NCBI GenBank assembly: GCA_044892505.1
Contig: CM097884.1
Location: forward strand, 121,272,001-121,336,000
From: Schmidtea nova
Taxonomy: Eukaryota
Direction of reading: 5' to 3'
DNA: 64,000 bases
Position 1 is the stretch's first letter. Every line of letters starts with the position of its first letter. Of this stretch, positions 22,501-28,741 are shown in pieces. The translations under genes were made by a program, and so were the position numbers. The notes beneath the pieces were generated by a model. The model saw only the letters and a program-made list of their open reading frames with translations. It searched no databases and had not been told where the DNA came from.

Positions 22501-23922
22501 ATCGTCCTTTTCCCTTGTTAATTCGGTTAACTCTTCTATCATATCGTCACTATCCGTTAAAATTTCGTCCACGTCGTATGGTTGTGGTGGAGTCCTTTCT
22601 CTGGTTCCTCTGGGTGTTGTCTCAGATCGTCTTGAACTTGTTCCTGGCGTTAGTACTGGTTTCATCGGACTTGGCGTACTTATACTTCCGTGTGGTTTAT
22701 GGTTTTCTTCTTTACGTTTCAATGGTTGACCCGCTATTGCTTCTACTGTCAATGTATTCATGAGGTCTAATTGTGCTGGTGTTATTCCGATTTCCAAACT
22801 GTTATCTAATGATCGTCCTTGGTGTTGTAAATGGAATGGTGGTTCGTATCTCAATTTCTTTTTAATATCTCGAATTTTTTCTGCTATTCCTACCCACAAC
22901 TCTTCCTTATCCTTGTTTGGGTATATTATTCTTAAATGTACTTTCTGTGGAATTTCCTGCGAGAATTCTTGATTTCTCCATTTCCTAATTACGTGGTCTA
23001 GTTGTTCCGGACACCACTCGTTAACTCTTTTATATTCCGCGATTGCTTTTGCTACTTTACGCAAGCATGTTATATCTTCCCCATTTACCACGAAAAAATC
23101 TGCGAGACCCTTTATTACTTTTCTCTTACCGTGCGCATTAGTTTTTAATATTTCGACAAATTCTTCCGTTTTTTGCTTTTCCCTTTCTAGCCACATGGCC
23201 GCGGTTTCTGGTCCATCTAGGTCTATTGGCGTAGCTTTCCTTGTCACCATGCAAACTCTTCCTATCTCTGGTTCGCAGTCATCTTCAATTCCTCTTTTAT
23301 ATTCTTCTTCATATTCCCCTTCTTTTGGTTCCCAACATTTTCCTTTCTCGTTCCATTGTTTTTCTACGGGTGTTCGTATTCGTCTGTTGAGATTGCGTTC
23401 TTCTAATACATTTTCCCACTCTGGCCAAATTCGCCAATTTCGATAAATTTCTACTATTTGTTGTAATTTGCGCACAATTTCTTTCCGTCGTTCCCGTTCT
23501 CTTTTCTGATCTTTAGCAGTTTCCCTTGGTGTATCGTCCATTCTGCTAACGTGGATTGTTTGGTGATTATCCCATATACCGATTTTATATAGTCGTCTCT
23601 CATCGTGATTCCATAATACATGTTCGTTGTATTGTATGATTATGTCGTCTTCCCATTCGTCTTCTGGTTCTCTTTGCACTAGTGTCTCTTTGATGACCTT
23701 TATTAATTCCTTTATGGTACAGTCTGCTACCACTTCAATTTCTTTGGTGTCTTCATTAGGCAATGCTACTGAAATTTTTAGATCTGTTATTTTCCCTTGT
23801 CTGAACATTGTTTTTCCCATTTTTGCGATTAATTTGTCGTGTGAGATTTGTGACCATCTCGTGTGACTTGTGTCACGTATGCACTCAATACATCGTTTCA
23901 ATTTCTCGTATTCGCTTCTCAT
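10066..23922 (-). CDS. pol: 4618-aa polyprotein: Ubl x2, AT-hook, Bcl-2-like, Env (class III, chuvirus/gB-like), PR, dUTPase-like spacer, RT, RNase H, IN, ankyrin repeats, FN3-like/TM modules
   Basis: PR IDTG (19132-19140); RT YIDD (17914-17925) with MPFGLTNAPASFQR; RH TDASG / EREALA / TDHQPL; IN HHCC plus MDVIG, TDQG, TERFNG and a GPY motif. No stop over 13.9 kb. Confidence 0.96.
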   Translation of the reverse strand: MRSEYEKLKRCIECIRDTSHTRWSQISHDKLIAKMGKTMFRQGKITDLKISVALPNEDTKEIEVVADCTIKELIKVIKETLVQREPEDEWEDDIIIQYNEHVLWNHDERRLYKIGIWDNHQTIHVSRMDDTPRETAKDQKRERERRKEIVRKLQQIVEIYRNWRIWPEWENVLEERNLNRRIRTPVEKQWNEKGKCWEPKEGEYEEEYKRGIEDDCEPEIGRVCMVTRKATPIDLDGPETAAMWLEREKQKTEEFVEILKTNAHGKRKVIKGLADFFVVNGEDITCLRKVAKAIAEYKRVNEWCPEQLDHVIRKWRNQEFSQEIPQKVHLRIIYPNKDKEELWVGIAEKIRDIKKKLRYEPPFHLQHQGRSLDNSLEIGITPAQLDLMNTLTVEAIAGQPLKRKEENHKPHGSISTPSPMKPVLTPGTSSRRSETTPRGTRERTPPQPYDVDEILTDSDDMIEELTELTREKDDNIFERIQELPTTIQVTNTGEAEVEEEIIIEEVNDLTEDETRGANVENVQLTQEMERWLEERANEPRDVTEETGRTTRFVETGTGMDKRPRGRPKTDPATVVVRNKDEKRQDQWELCLRKLNKIAEMKEKETTPICQGEEWISKTIMEILAIIDPELRKYWRITEISEKAKSLHSAIAPILPEFIKEKTKSNHLDWQGTTMLIKKLTEGAETDNKYVIAIAYTIYNLLTLSRGRPKPTALEIHIKNTAKIIAREIEPYVINKGGWETFIKTNQKKTQAKNMKKKFEKILEELEKEQAGTGNAKSSMNLSAIIMMMLIWMISTDSATAFEVFDCDQMKLGEKYSLRGTEQCKDATPVELQKIKKEQWYHVYQEAELIKTMVNECKVQKTRFAFYCGRGHYSAIVMTGTEREPIVLQGEDCEALFKHGEVTTRDKIKIRGKPGMMMQQTYYVAGRITGGEGYCQGETYPIFGVPATNLVVMDTYIVELKSYEAFFEPTTGEMKTLSMCKIDRSMCQTGMSTLVYKPKVNECQLQLLQGAKFDEIQGKTFQEEDDDDKERAKHLKEALENKRQLKPDHREKRIEMRATPTVLITTNQDVGMRFIKGKATLKCSTTVYETNYPGIYVSKQEVPNAKPKIDTMDIKLHLYVNNKMDFLFHRGQASLQKVYYDLINNDCILNREILKTKLTVAITNPDSAMPLLPLREGHFGRVVGEAMYVYICEKTHASLAATTQLKPGTCTNELEIDYKGKVRYVQPVTRIINPPGFEPNPFNCSNAYGPLYQKPDGKWVMFPGRSEVIAPREFELMQLSKDRQFSDVDVSNNGIYSPKDLEAARQNILFPARREALLSNIVTITGGTNYREGPNYELLLSPAHFKKATENMMKAMWGRFLIFGQMMAGILGVILIIQIVRVIITQMLACFDIYKREKKVNWKMVVGFLPFLAKTMVLHGHSKDIHRIKRLLKILAKMKGTDEEVGRKFKKIMNDEQARQQLKRERKGLWERMKGYKTQNDSSDDDDDDDDYKGGQVYKNQAPQYIEKNPADAWKCYAPPPTMYQEPLQGGKNSTMQMMPMTNVYPMIPEDYKMRRCRSVDPQGDTHTIAVMSSNTGPVLTTTIEINGREIEAMIDTGANISAIDIKWIPQEQRRDIERTNVHIIACSKEVVEVAGRWWVKIRHLNTEIDTYVAVIPALSVPCIIGTDLMPALFKEIVIDLGTMRLKDSTGKICAIEAKVTSSKQMIIPARKEKICYVKIDPTIQGDMIFEPSKRFEKRKALPMARGLVNINDNGEIPINVVNFDEEDKIIYENERLGKLTPMMDIELPIEGAEKDKEPTWNIDSELLNEDQRKQLEKLLIEYKDIFAASDLDLGTCDVTLHTIPLTDETPIALRPYKLAEAQKAVAEAEVKKMLDAEVIEPSCSPWQFPVVMVKKKDGTQRFCIDYRRLNTVTKRDTYPLPDINEMLLTLQGAAYFTSLDLKSGYWQIKMKEEDKEKTAFTIGRDLYQFRKMPFGLTNAPASFQRCMNFVTHGIKQCMVYIDDLLIYSSTFEQHIQDIRDVFVRLRQWKLKLKPSKCDWAKEKVTFLGHIVSAKGKEPDPRNIDKVKECTVPKTITQIQEFLGLCGYYRKFIKDYAGIAKPIQELVKKDVSFIWGDEQQTAFETLRDKLITAPILVHPDFKKPFLLATDASGYAAGAVLGQYDDEGKERVIGYYSRTFKKHEKNYSVTEREALAIILAIKHFKYLLWGHIICITTDHQPLVWLGQHKETSSRLMRWAMQLQEYSPDIKFKSGKTNANADCMSRLTFPELTDPDVQRICVLIAEDLDFSELKKDQQEDKELGQILEFLTSRNMEAFKDNKELKEHIGKYQHRYIINKGWLLIQDGEKRLMCLPENRRKEIMIQYHDGKLGGHMSEKKTINRMRQKYYWRTMEEDIKEWIKNCLTCATRKDSGKKWKNPLQPMPIPAEPMTTIAMDVIGPLPESLNGNIYILVITDYLTKFPEAFAMQDQKAKTVAKILVEEICCRYGTPKQILTDQGTNFMSELLNEVTNYFRIAKLRTSPYHPQTNGQTERFNGTLIRMLSNYVSRHQTDWDEYIKLCLMAYRMSIHAATKLSPFQLMYGRECNMPIDLEYQPPLSQYMEDDDYVTKFKERMQEIWKTAELNIKFYQESYKDLHDQKKNVKANDLKPGDWVIIETPEIIPGTVKKLQRPGRGPYEIIYKKDNNVKVKLVNRPLIRPIYVNTCRCKKVPKTITTTPENRIITRSQTARINMLRANATEDDKAEIRQKEIRNKEIILKAREIMGRWHVRDEAGISRDIRHIISRYAQGLPTEPIISELLEKIPEILLLKDVGGQPALHNAIECKNIERAKEFLKIAKETNQNLDVGNREQETPLMTAAIHQADKEMIDLLIKAHFSWTERDREDKTVLNHVIWSSHQPMLKYIIANCTWEIDELVKRDIIKEAIKIGKCNTIRKLIKWKRPEEDTWVLDINEVYSEGQNALLRYLLKFTCDQKTLLTLLDRGNINITKNEEEYKFDKEKEALFNKIRKWCAKPLDKLITYRDISNFNEIYQTIVSEYEELVKILNHPEKCKQVLEKKERESNKKLTPLFKAEAPYQARLDAIQEKAKELLPEFENSKHALEILGALVEKVHAYAKGTYNGNDIVIIKKEMPVTFLLPKDGIMPIHRALRNGKDRKVMEIARVMLNCGSNMNMIDEKGDTLMVFAARAKTKTKVLEELYKAGAGLTGKTEKDNSILDVALLTHNWEMVNFIKTIPNQEEIDHLTDTVKKPSVLAMMNNVELTESILTWINPNTNEPAFRINKFTEHNQNWCIRSALITYKWPEILKMFMERKDLKITTSPKEEKYTGKWKELMKTYINNWIKAKKEILEHKSTNKVIPEQIETQEFEASNLTTLAYAKLIEEINVEDDIFDEPGGDDNTDSDDGNNSENPSDHEPPDKEENERKDKKRDKEGKKGEDEKQRDEEGEQGTNDQGDKNDTQRTGYKSTIKPFFKPELLLLTVILTLINPSQGMTCEERAIIQIKNAKGIERVCWSKKDKTTEQNSPMDCRISKHEQEIIEINDLDLDTWYKICTVRKQKHPRSHNTIACAKYQTPKAAMTIQQSPKGDYILGKCGRTETQGTENKKPQAIDKQTTPTIRITIKRPEARVATNETERVSYQMEVLCLALILIIIKRLEEGIEIETMTITEVEDTQNTNIKCWARNNEEIGVNEIRKSRKPTTNKVIKVSEVKADKMYKLCLLEKETNKKGTTKCKTFQPGEVIKFRRRTRKRNKQIKRKINITLEIKEIEPNVKGVCWRKYEKETNERKTPQCRTSTGATTIQIKGLESKQTYEICLVKKNDQITINDLECGIYTTSSGTRTKTLTRKNKRRQRNKGKPKYTTTFKNNKQPISQEVTTKSEKKTSATLTLWKIENKTLEICWILVQKYIRRQSRECRKTNKEIKIERLQFNSEYEVCTIEKTDALGNQQERCETYYTPVNATSKGITRKLEFRELSQTNEQMDAEKTITDPQAKWTPEEVIKEVKRKQEEREQLMRKLKGQYGIMYNQSEPIQTDENKEIKELIGLGILTATIPVIIALSAIWIRKISPRKSTTQWLNIDNTSHGVEILEARKEPKPTRSKKEAKIVKPGMNNKDKEIKEIKGEEKKYERRTRSLPQSSKWLGLTIILTLINRDEATNLQAGIKIVNVQEVEKICWNREDEPIGKDNPLKCIIRKSDQDVVRIEGMYRGIMHRICIIGKEKKAGLPKTVVCQKYETPGLEWYRVKPTKKEIKNTIDQPATQIRNTTDKPGEGEKSTNKTRERISPQQECVCIALILAMSKRIDKGIIIEQMAITIRKTSSNKLCWGTYNEPRKEYQVQTSDESRTNKEIEIQEIQMNEEGSICIWEKGIQEGIEHCKTFQKGEILKFDEEELTKTERTLTLTGLDQTVKGICWTKHNPEGEEDNLTHCKEIKNKEKVELKKMEVNRTYAICTFTRKGSEKPECGLYQISEKLQQQIEPGSVENQTKENNVKQLLNRHWSTQEVMNKVKNQVQKEKKPEAQTQNEIKANQNKIKATNRGKTVIGLISIGILIAYGIMTTSMIIYWRYRKRNKATAIQWPDIKIMKQRIEIPEEIQQEFQRRTKGKEFWKQIEDEERYEEKTIMMV
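14150..15510 (-). other. Ankyrin-repeat region fused after the integrase
   Basis: GGQPALHNAIE, QETPLMTAAIH, DKTVLNHVIW, GIMPIHRALRNG, KGDTLMVFAARA, DNSILDVALL. Confidence 0.85.
19640..21590 (-). other. env: Envelope glycoprotein domain, chuvirus-glycoprotein-like / herpes gB-type class III fusogen
   Basis: Signal MNLSAIIMMMLIWMISTDSATA; AFEVFDC; ECKVQKTRFAFYCG; furin site REKR (20767-20778); YVNNKMDF..CILNREIL; GEAMYVYIC; NGIYSPKDLEAARQNILFPA; TM WGRFLIFG..ILGVILIIQIV. Confidence 0.85.
21690..22170 (-). other. Bcl-2-like helical domain (clear BH2, degenerate BH1)
   Basis: EIEPYVINKGGWETFIK resembles Bcl-xL BH2 LEPWIQENGGWDTFVE. The preceding helical spacing fits a Bcl-2 fold, but NWGR is absent. 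Confidence 0.55.
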
Positions 23923-23932
23923 TAACTCTTTT

Positions 23933-26900
23933 CTATGTTTTTTTGACTTGTGGTATGATTTGTTCTATCAGGGAATTTAGATTCTTTCGTAAGACTCGTT
24001 CTTTCTCGTATTCTAAACGAGGTTTTATTCTCCTTTCGAAGCACGTGTTTGCCTCCCTTGCAACTTCTTGTAGGTTCTCTTCTTCCTTTTCATCGCATAT
24101 TGATAATAGGGTTATTTCTCCTGGCCATATACCTGTTTCTACTAAGTGCGTTCTTTTCTTTACGAGTCTATTCTGCGAATAGATGAATTTGTTTTTATAT
24201 GAGCTCCCTAGTCTATCCTCTACCCATCTGTAGATATCGTCTGTAAATGGAGTTTTGATCCAGATTCTTGGTGTAGATGTATTTATTATTATTGAGATGG
24301 TGTAATTGAGGAGTGGTTCCTCTATTAATTTCCCTACGTATCGATTCAACATGTCTACTTCCCGGTCTTGTAACCATTCTTTGTAGTTCATTTGTAATAA
24401 TGCTTTCATGAATTTCCGGTATTGTTTCTTGTCCATGAACTCTTCGTTATATATTACTTCTAGCGAGTTATCTAATAATTTCTGGATTTCATCTACTTTT
24501 ATCTGTGTAGGTTCTGAGGTCTTTATTACTTCTCTCTCTTTATTTTCGTCTTCGGATTCATTTAATATGTCTCCTGCTAGGCTACTGATGTCACTATCTT
24601 CTTCATCGGAAAACTCTCTGGTGGTATTTCTTAACATATTAATATGTGCTGTTTGGTTCGTTTCCCCTTGTATATTCTCCGTTGGTTTTGTTTTGTTTTT
24701 TCTGATTTCTGGTGTTAGTTCATTTTTGTCCTCTATTACTTCGACTTTTTCCATTTTCTTTCCCAACTCGTCTATCTCTTTTAAACGTCTTCTTATCATT
24801 TTTCCTTCAAATATTCGCCGGATTCGGGTTTCGTGACGTATTGGTGGTGGAATTTCTTCTGGTTCTATTTCTTTAATTCTCATCACATTTCTTTTTGTCT
24901 CTGTTACTCCCACGTTTTCCCATATATCCGTTAATTTCAATTTTACTGATGGTGCATCTCCTATTTGTAAGAACGCTTCTCTGGGCAGTTTCGTTACTCC
25001 CGGAATCATCTGGTTTACTTTATTGAACAGTATTTCCACCTTTTCTTTTGCGTTATATTGAAATCGAAACATATGGTCGTTGGGCATGATTACCATCATT
25101 CTTTTTTTCCAAATCTCCTTTCCCTCTTCCTGGTTTATCTCGGTTTCCACTTCCTTTTTTGTTTCTTTTTCTACTTCTTCATCTTTTTGTACTATCTCTT
25201 TTCGACTTTCGTTGTCGGCTGGATTCGGGTCTATCGAATTTATTTCCAGTGTGATTTCTTTCTCGCGAGTGTCTGTTTGGTTTGTTGCTCTTAACATGTT
25301 GATTCTTAGAGGTTGTCGTTCTCTTTCTTGCTGTTTTTGTTCATCCTCTCTTTGTATTCTTGCCCATTCCTGAGCGTGTCGTGCTTGACTTTCTCGATTC
25401 AACCGTTCGTTTTCGCTTTCTATTTTTCTCATCATGCTAATTTGCTGTTGATTGGTTTGCGGATTTCCTCTCGTCGTATTGTTTATGAGTTCCGTCAACC
25501 TTTGAACTTCTTGCATCAAATGAATTTCTTTGGGGGTGGTTTTGTTCTGATTATTGTTATTGTTGTTTTGTTGGTTTCCATAATCTGGTCGGTTTACGGT
25601 ATTTGCTTGATTTCCGTAATTTGGTCGGTTCCCATTACTCTGCCAGTTTCCTCGTTGATTACTTTTTTGTCCGCAATTTCTTGAATAGTGACCAGGTCGT
25701 CCGCAATTAAAACAGATTATTGTAGAACATCTGCTTTCCGAGTGTCCTTTAACTCCACATTTTCCGCAATTCAAATTTTGATAGCATTCTTGCTGCCAGT
25801 GTCCCAACTTCCCGCATGTTTTACATTGTTTTGTTTGTCTTTGAGGGTTGTAATTGTTTTGGTTTTCAAAGTTCTGCACTTTATTTCCTTCATTCCTTCG
25901 TTGAGGGGGTGGTCGGTTTAATTGTTGCGAATTTGGAATGTGATTGTTGAGATTTACCTCTGGTTCGGTTTGTGCTGTGTCCATGGCTAAATAAATTCTG
26001 CCCTCACTTCCTATCATATGCAATTCAAATCGGTTAGCTGTTTCTAACGCTTGATCTATGGTTTTGCATCCTTGACATCCTACTTGCGCTCTTATGTCGG
26101 GTCTTCTTAATCCTCCTATGAAGATAGCTGCCATTAACTCCTCGTTTATTGGACCTCCATCCTTGAATACCGATTTTGCTAATTTTTTCAGTTCGCTCGC
26201 GTATACCGCATTAGATTCATTCATCTTTTGTTTTCTCATTGAGAACTCTATGAATGCCTCGCTCAGCACTTTATTTATTCCAAATGTTTGTTGGAAAAAA
26301 TCCTTTATCGCTGTCCAGCTTGTAGGTGGATTGGTACCATTTTTCGCTTCCAAATATAGGTCCAATGCACTATCTTTCAAATATAACTGAATTCTGCTTA
26401 CCGTTGTTTCAGCTTTCCACTTGCATACCTCCACGAATATGCCAAATTCTTTTAAAAAGGTTTCTAATTTACTCGCATCTCCGTTAAACGGTTCTCCTGA
26501 AAATTTATCCTTTATTTCTTCTCTTGGTTCACCCATTTCAATTCCGCTGTCTTGAGTTATTTTACTTTCGTTTCCTCTTGTTTCTAGTTCGTTGTTATGT
26601 TCGTCTTCCGTTTTACTCGAGCTTGAATCGCTTTCTGTTTCTCTTATTCCTTCGTTATCTGATATTATACTTTCGTTATCACTCGCGTTGATTTCTATCT
26701 CTGGTTCTACCTCGTTTTCTACTTCTTCGATATTATCGTTGTTAGTTTCGTCGATTTCTCCTTCTTGTTCTATCTCGTGTTCTATTTCTTCGATATTATC
26801 GTTGTTAGTTTCGTCGCTCTCTATTTCACTTGCTTGGTTCTCCTTGGGTTCGGCTTGGTTTTCTTTGTTACTTGAGCTGTTGCTTACTATTGACAATTTA

Positions 26901-27118
26901 TCGTTTTCGGTAATCGATTTATCTCTTATTATTTTCCTCGATTTACTCCCTTGTGGGTTATCTTTGCCGGCTTTCTGCTTTTTTGTTGATTTTGTTGTAG
27001 TACTAGTTTTGTCTTTTTTGTTAATGTTGCTACCGACTTTCTTTTCCGTTGGCTTTACTACGACACTCTTTGCTCCTTTTCTCAAGGGGATTACTTTTGT
27101 ATACTCAATTTTCCTGTT
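23933..27118 (-). CDS. gag: Gag (~1050 aa): basic/acidic N-terminus, capsid, 3 CCHC knuckles, Q/N-rich linker, C-terminal Ubl-like extensions
   Basis: FSGEPFNGDASKLETFLKEF capsid-like start; CKTCGKLGHWQQEC, CGKCGVKGHSESRC and CFNCGRPGHYSRNC (25677-25826). Frame open from 27118; the track start at 27085 is TTG and the first ATG is at 26536. Confidence 0.9.
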   Translation of the reverse strand, partial: NRKIEYTKVIPLRKGAKSVVVKPTEKKVGSNINKKDKTSTTTKSTKKQKAGKDNPQGSKSRKIIRDKSITENDKLSIVSNSSSNKENQAEPKENQASEIESDETNNDNIEEIEHEIEQEGEIDETNNDNIEEVENEVEPEIEINASDNESIISDNEGIRETESDSSSSKTEDEHNNELETRGNESKITQDSGIEMGEPREEIKDKFSGEPFNGDASKLETFLKEFGIFVEVCKWKAETTVSRIQLYLKDSALDLYLEAKNGTNPPTSWTAIKDFFQQTFGINKVLSEAFIEFSMRKQKMNESNAVYASELKKLAKSVFKDGGPINEELMAAIFIGGLRRPDIRAQVGCQGCKTIDQALETANRFELHMIGSEGRIYLAMDTAQTEPEVNLNNHIPNSQQLNRPPPQRRNEGNKVQNFENQNNYNPQRQTKQCKTCGKLGHWQQECYQNLNCGKCGVKGHSESRCSTIICFNCGRPGHYSRNCGQKSNQRGNWQSNGNRPNYGNQANTVNRPDYGNQQNNNNNNQNKTTPKEIHLMQEVQRLTELINNTTRGNPQTNQQQISMMRKIESENERLNRESQARHAQEWARIQREDEQKQQERERQPLRINMLRATNQTDTREKEITLEINSIDPNPADNESRKEIVQKDEEVEKETKKEVETEINQEEGKEIWKKRMMVIMPNDHMFRFQYNAKEKVEILFNKVNQMIPGVTKLPREAFLQIGDAPSVKLKLTDIWENVGVTETKRNVMRIKEIEPEEIPPPIRHETRIRRIFEGKMIRRRLKEIDELGKKMEKVEVIEDKNELTPEIRKNKTKPTENIQGETNQTAHINMLRNTTREFSDEEDSDISSLAGDILNESEDENKEREVIKTSEPTQIKVDEIQKLLDNSLEVIYNEEFMDKKQYRKFMKALLQMNYKEWLQDREVDMLNRYVGKLIEEPLLNYTISIIINTSTPRIWIKTPFTDDIYRWVEDRLGSSYKNKFIYSQNRLVKKRTHLVETGIWPGEITLLSICDEKEEENLQEVAREANTCFERRIKPRLEYEKERVLRKNLNSLIEQIIPQVKKT

Positions 27119-27695
27119 CTATCTCTTATCGTTTCTGATTCTTCTTGCTTGATTGATTGATTTGATTGATTTGTATATCTAAAATACAAAGGTCCTCAAC
27201 GATACATTATTGTTATCGTCGCGCTTTTATTCCCTTTCTTTCGGGATTACTTATTACTGGGTTTTCATTATTTCCCATTCCCAGATTCCCCTTTATTTTT
27301 AGTCTATTTAAATTATCTATAGACTGGTCACAATTATCTGTTTATGTCGTAATAATTATCTATGTTTTATCAAATCAATTACTTTTCCCACAGTTTCCCA
27401 AATTATTGGTCGCTCGAGCGCTCTAATTCCCTGAGTCTTTCTGACTCGTTTATCATTATTTTATCATCTCTACTCATTATTCATCTCTAACTTATCCTTT
27501 TGTCTATTCTGCCGGTTTCTCCGGTCAGCTCCAATTTTTATTATTCTCCTTGCATGCTTTACTTAAGGTTGCATAATCAGCTTTACTCGCATTCTCTTAA
27601 CTACTAGTGCGCACTACTCTAAATCTCGTCGACGATTACACTATGGGTCTATATTCCTTCTATTACTATTTATCCGGATATATCTATAGTTCACT

Positions 27696-28015
27696 ATGGC
27701 TCTTCCGGCCTCAATTTTATATCTCACATGGCTCTATTGGCCTCAATTTAATCTCTCAAATGGCTCTCCTGGCCTCAATTTAATCTCTCAGATGGCTCTC
27801 TTGGCCTCAATTTAGTCTCTCCAATGGCTCTCTTGGCCTTAATTTAATCTCTCAAATGGCTCTATTGGCCTCAATTTAATCTCTCAAATGGCTCTCTTGG
27901 CCTTAATTTAACCTCTCAAATGGCTCTCTTGGCCTCAATTTAATCTCTCAAATGGCTCTATTGGCCTCAATTTAATCTCTCAAATGGCTCTCTTGGCCTT
28001 AATTTAATCTCTCCA
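27696..28015. repeat. Tandem array, 10 x 32 bp (ATGGCTCTCTTGGCCTCAATTTAATCTCTCAA)
   Basis: Units start every 32 nt from 27696 to 27984, with a partial unit near 28040. Confidence 0.95.
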
Positions 28016-28055
28016 TAACGCCTAGCTAGGTCATTCAATATGGCTCATTGGCCTC

Positions 28056-28260
28056 AACCCTTTTTTTCAAGGGACAAACCGCTAATAACCCTTTGTTTCA
28101 AGGGACAACTCTCATAACCCTTTGTTTCAAGGGACAAATCTCATAACCCTTTGTTTCAAGGGACAAATCTCCTAACCCTTTGTTTCAAGGGACAAATCTC
28201 ATAACCCTTTGTTTCAAGGGACAAATCTCATAACCCTTTGTTTCAAGGGACAAATCTCCT
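28056..28260. repeat. Tandem array, 7 x 29 bp (AACCCTTTGTTTCAAGGGACAAATCTCAT)
   Basis: Seven near-identical units, each with an internal inverted repeat CCCTT..AAGGG. Confidence 0.95.
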
Positions 28261-28741
28261 AAAACTTTACTTAACCGGTTAATCACAATTCCCTACTTCG
28301 CTAGCGATTAAAATTTCTCAGCTGAGTTATAACTACTTCTATGCGAGCTGACTATGCACCTTTTATTCTTTCCAAATTTGTCATTTATCTCTTTATTCTA
28401 TCATAACTAATTCCTGATCAGCCTGCTTCAACTTTTTATTTATTTTTCTTATGCGCGCTTTACTCCATCAAGATTTCCCTATCTCTCTTCCCAGCCAAAA
28501 TATACAAAAAGATCGCGTCGGTCCATTAATGCAGGATGTGGTGATCAATCACATCACAAAAACTTTCCAACATTTGCGATGGGCCCCTTTCTATACACCT
28601 TGAATAAGTTGATCAATCGGTGCTTCCCAATGGATTCTTATCGGACTACTTTGCAGTAGCTCAAAAATTATTTATATATGACAATTGTACCCATGATTTC
28701 CTTATTAATAAATCAATAAAATCCCATTCAAATTTTATTTA

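Noticed and set aside
6824-27426. Dozens of plus-strand ORFs (60-350 aa) rich in F/L/S/V/I
   Set aside because: Antisense shadows of the A-rich minus-strand coding sequence. The T-rich strand is poor in stop codons and the ORFs carry no motifs.
27696-28260. CRISPR-like appearance of the 32-bp and 29-bp arrays
   Set aside because: Units are head-to-tail with no unique spacers, there are no cas genes, and the context is eukaryotic.
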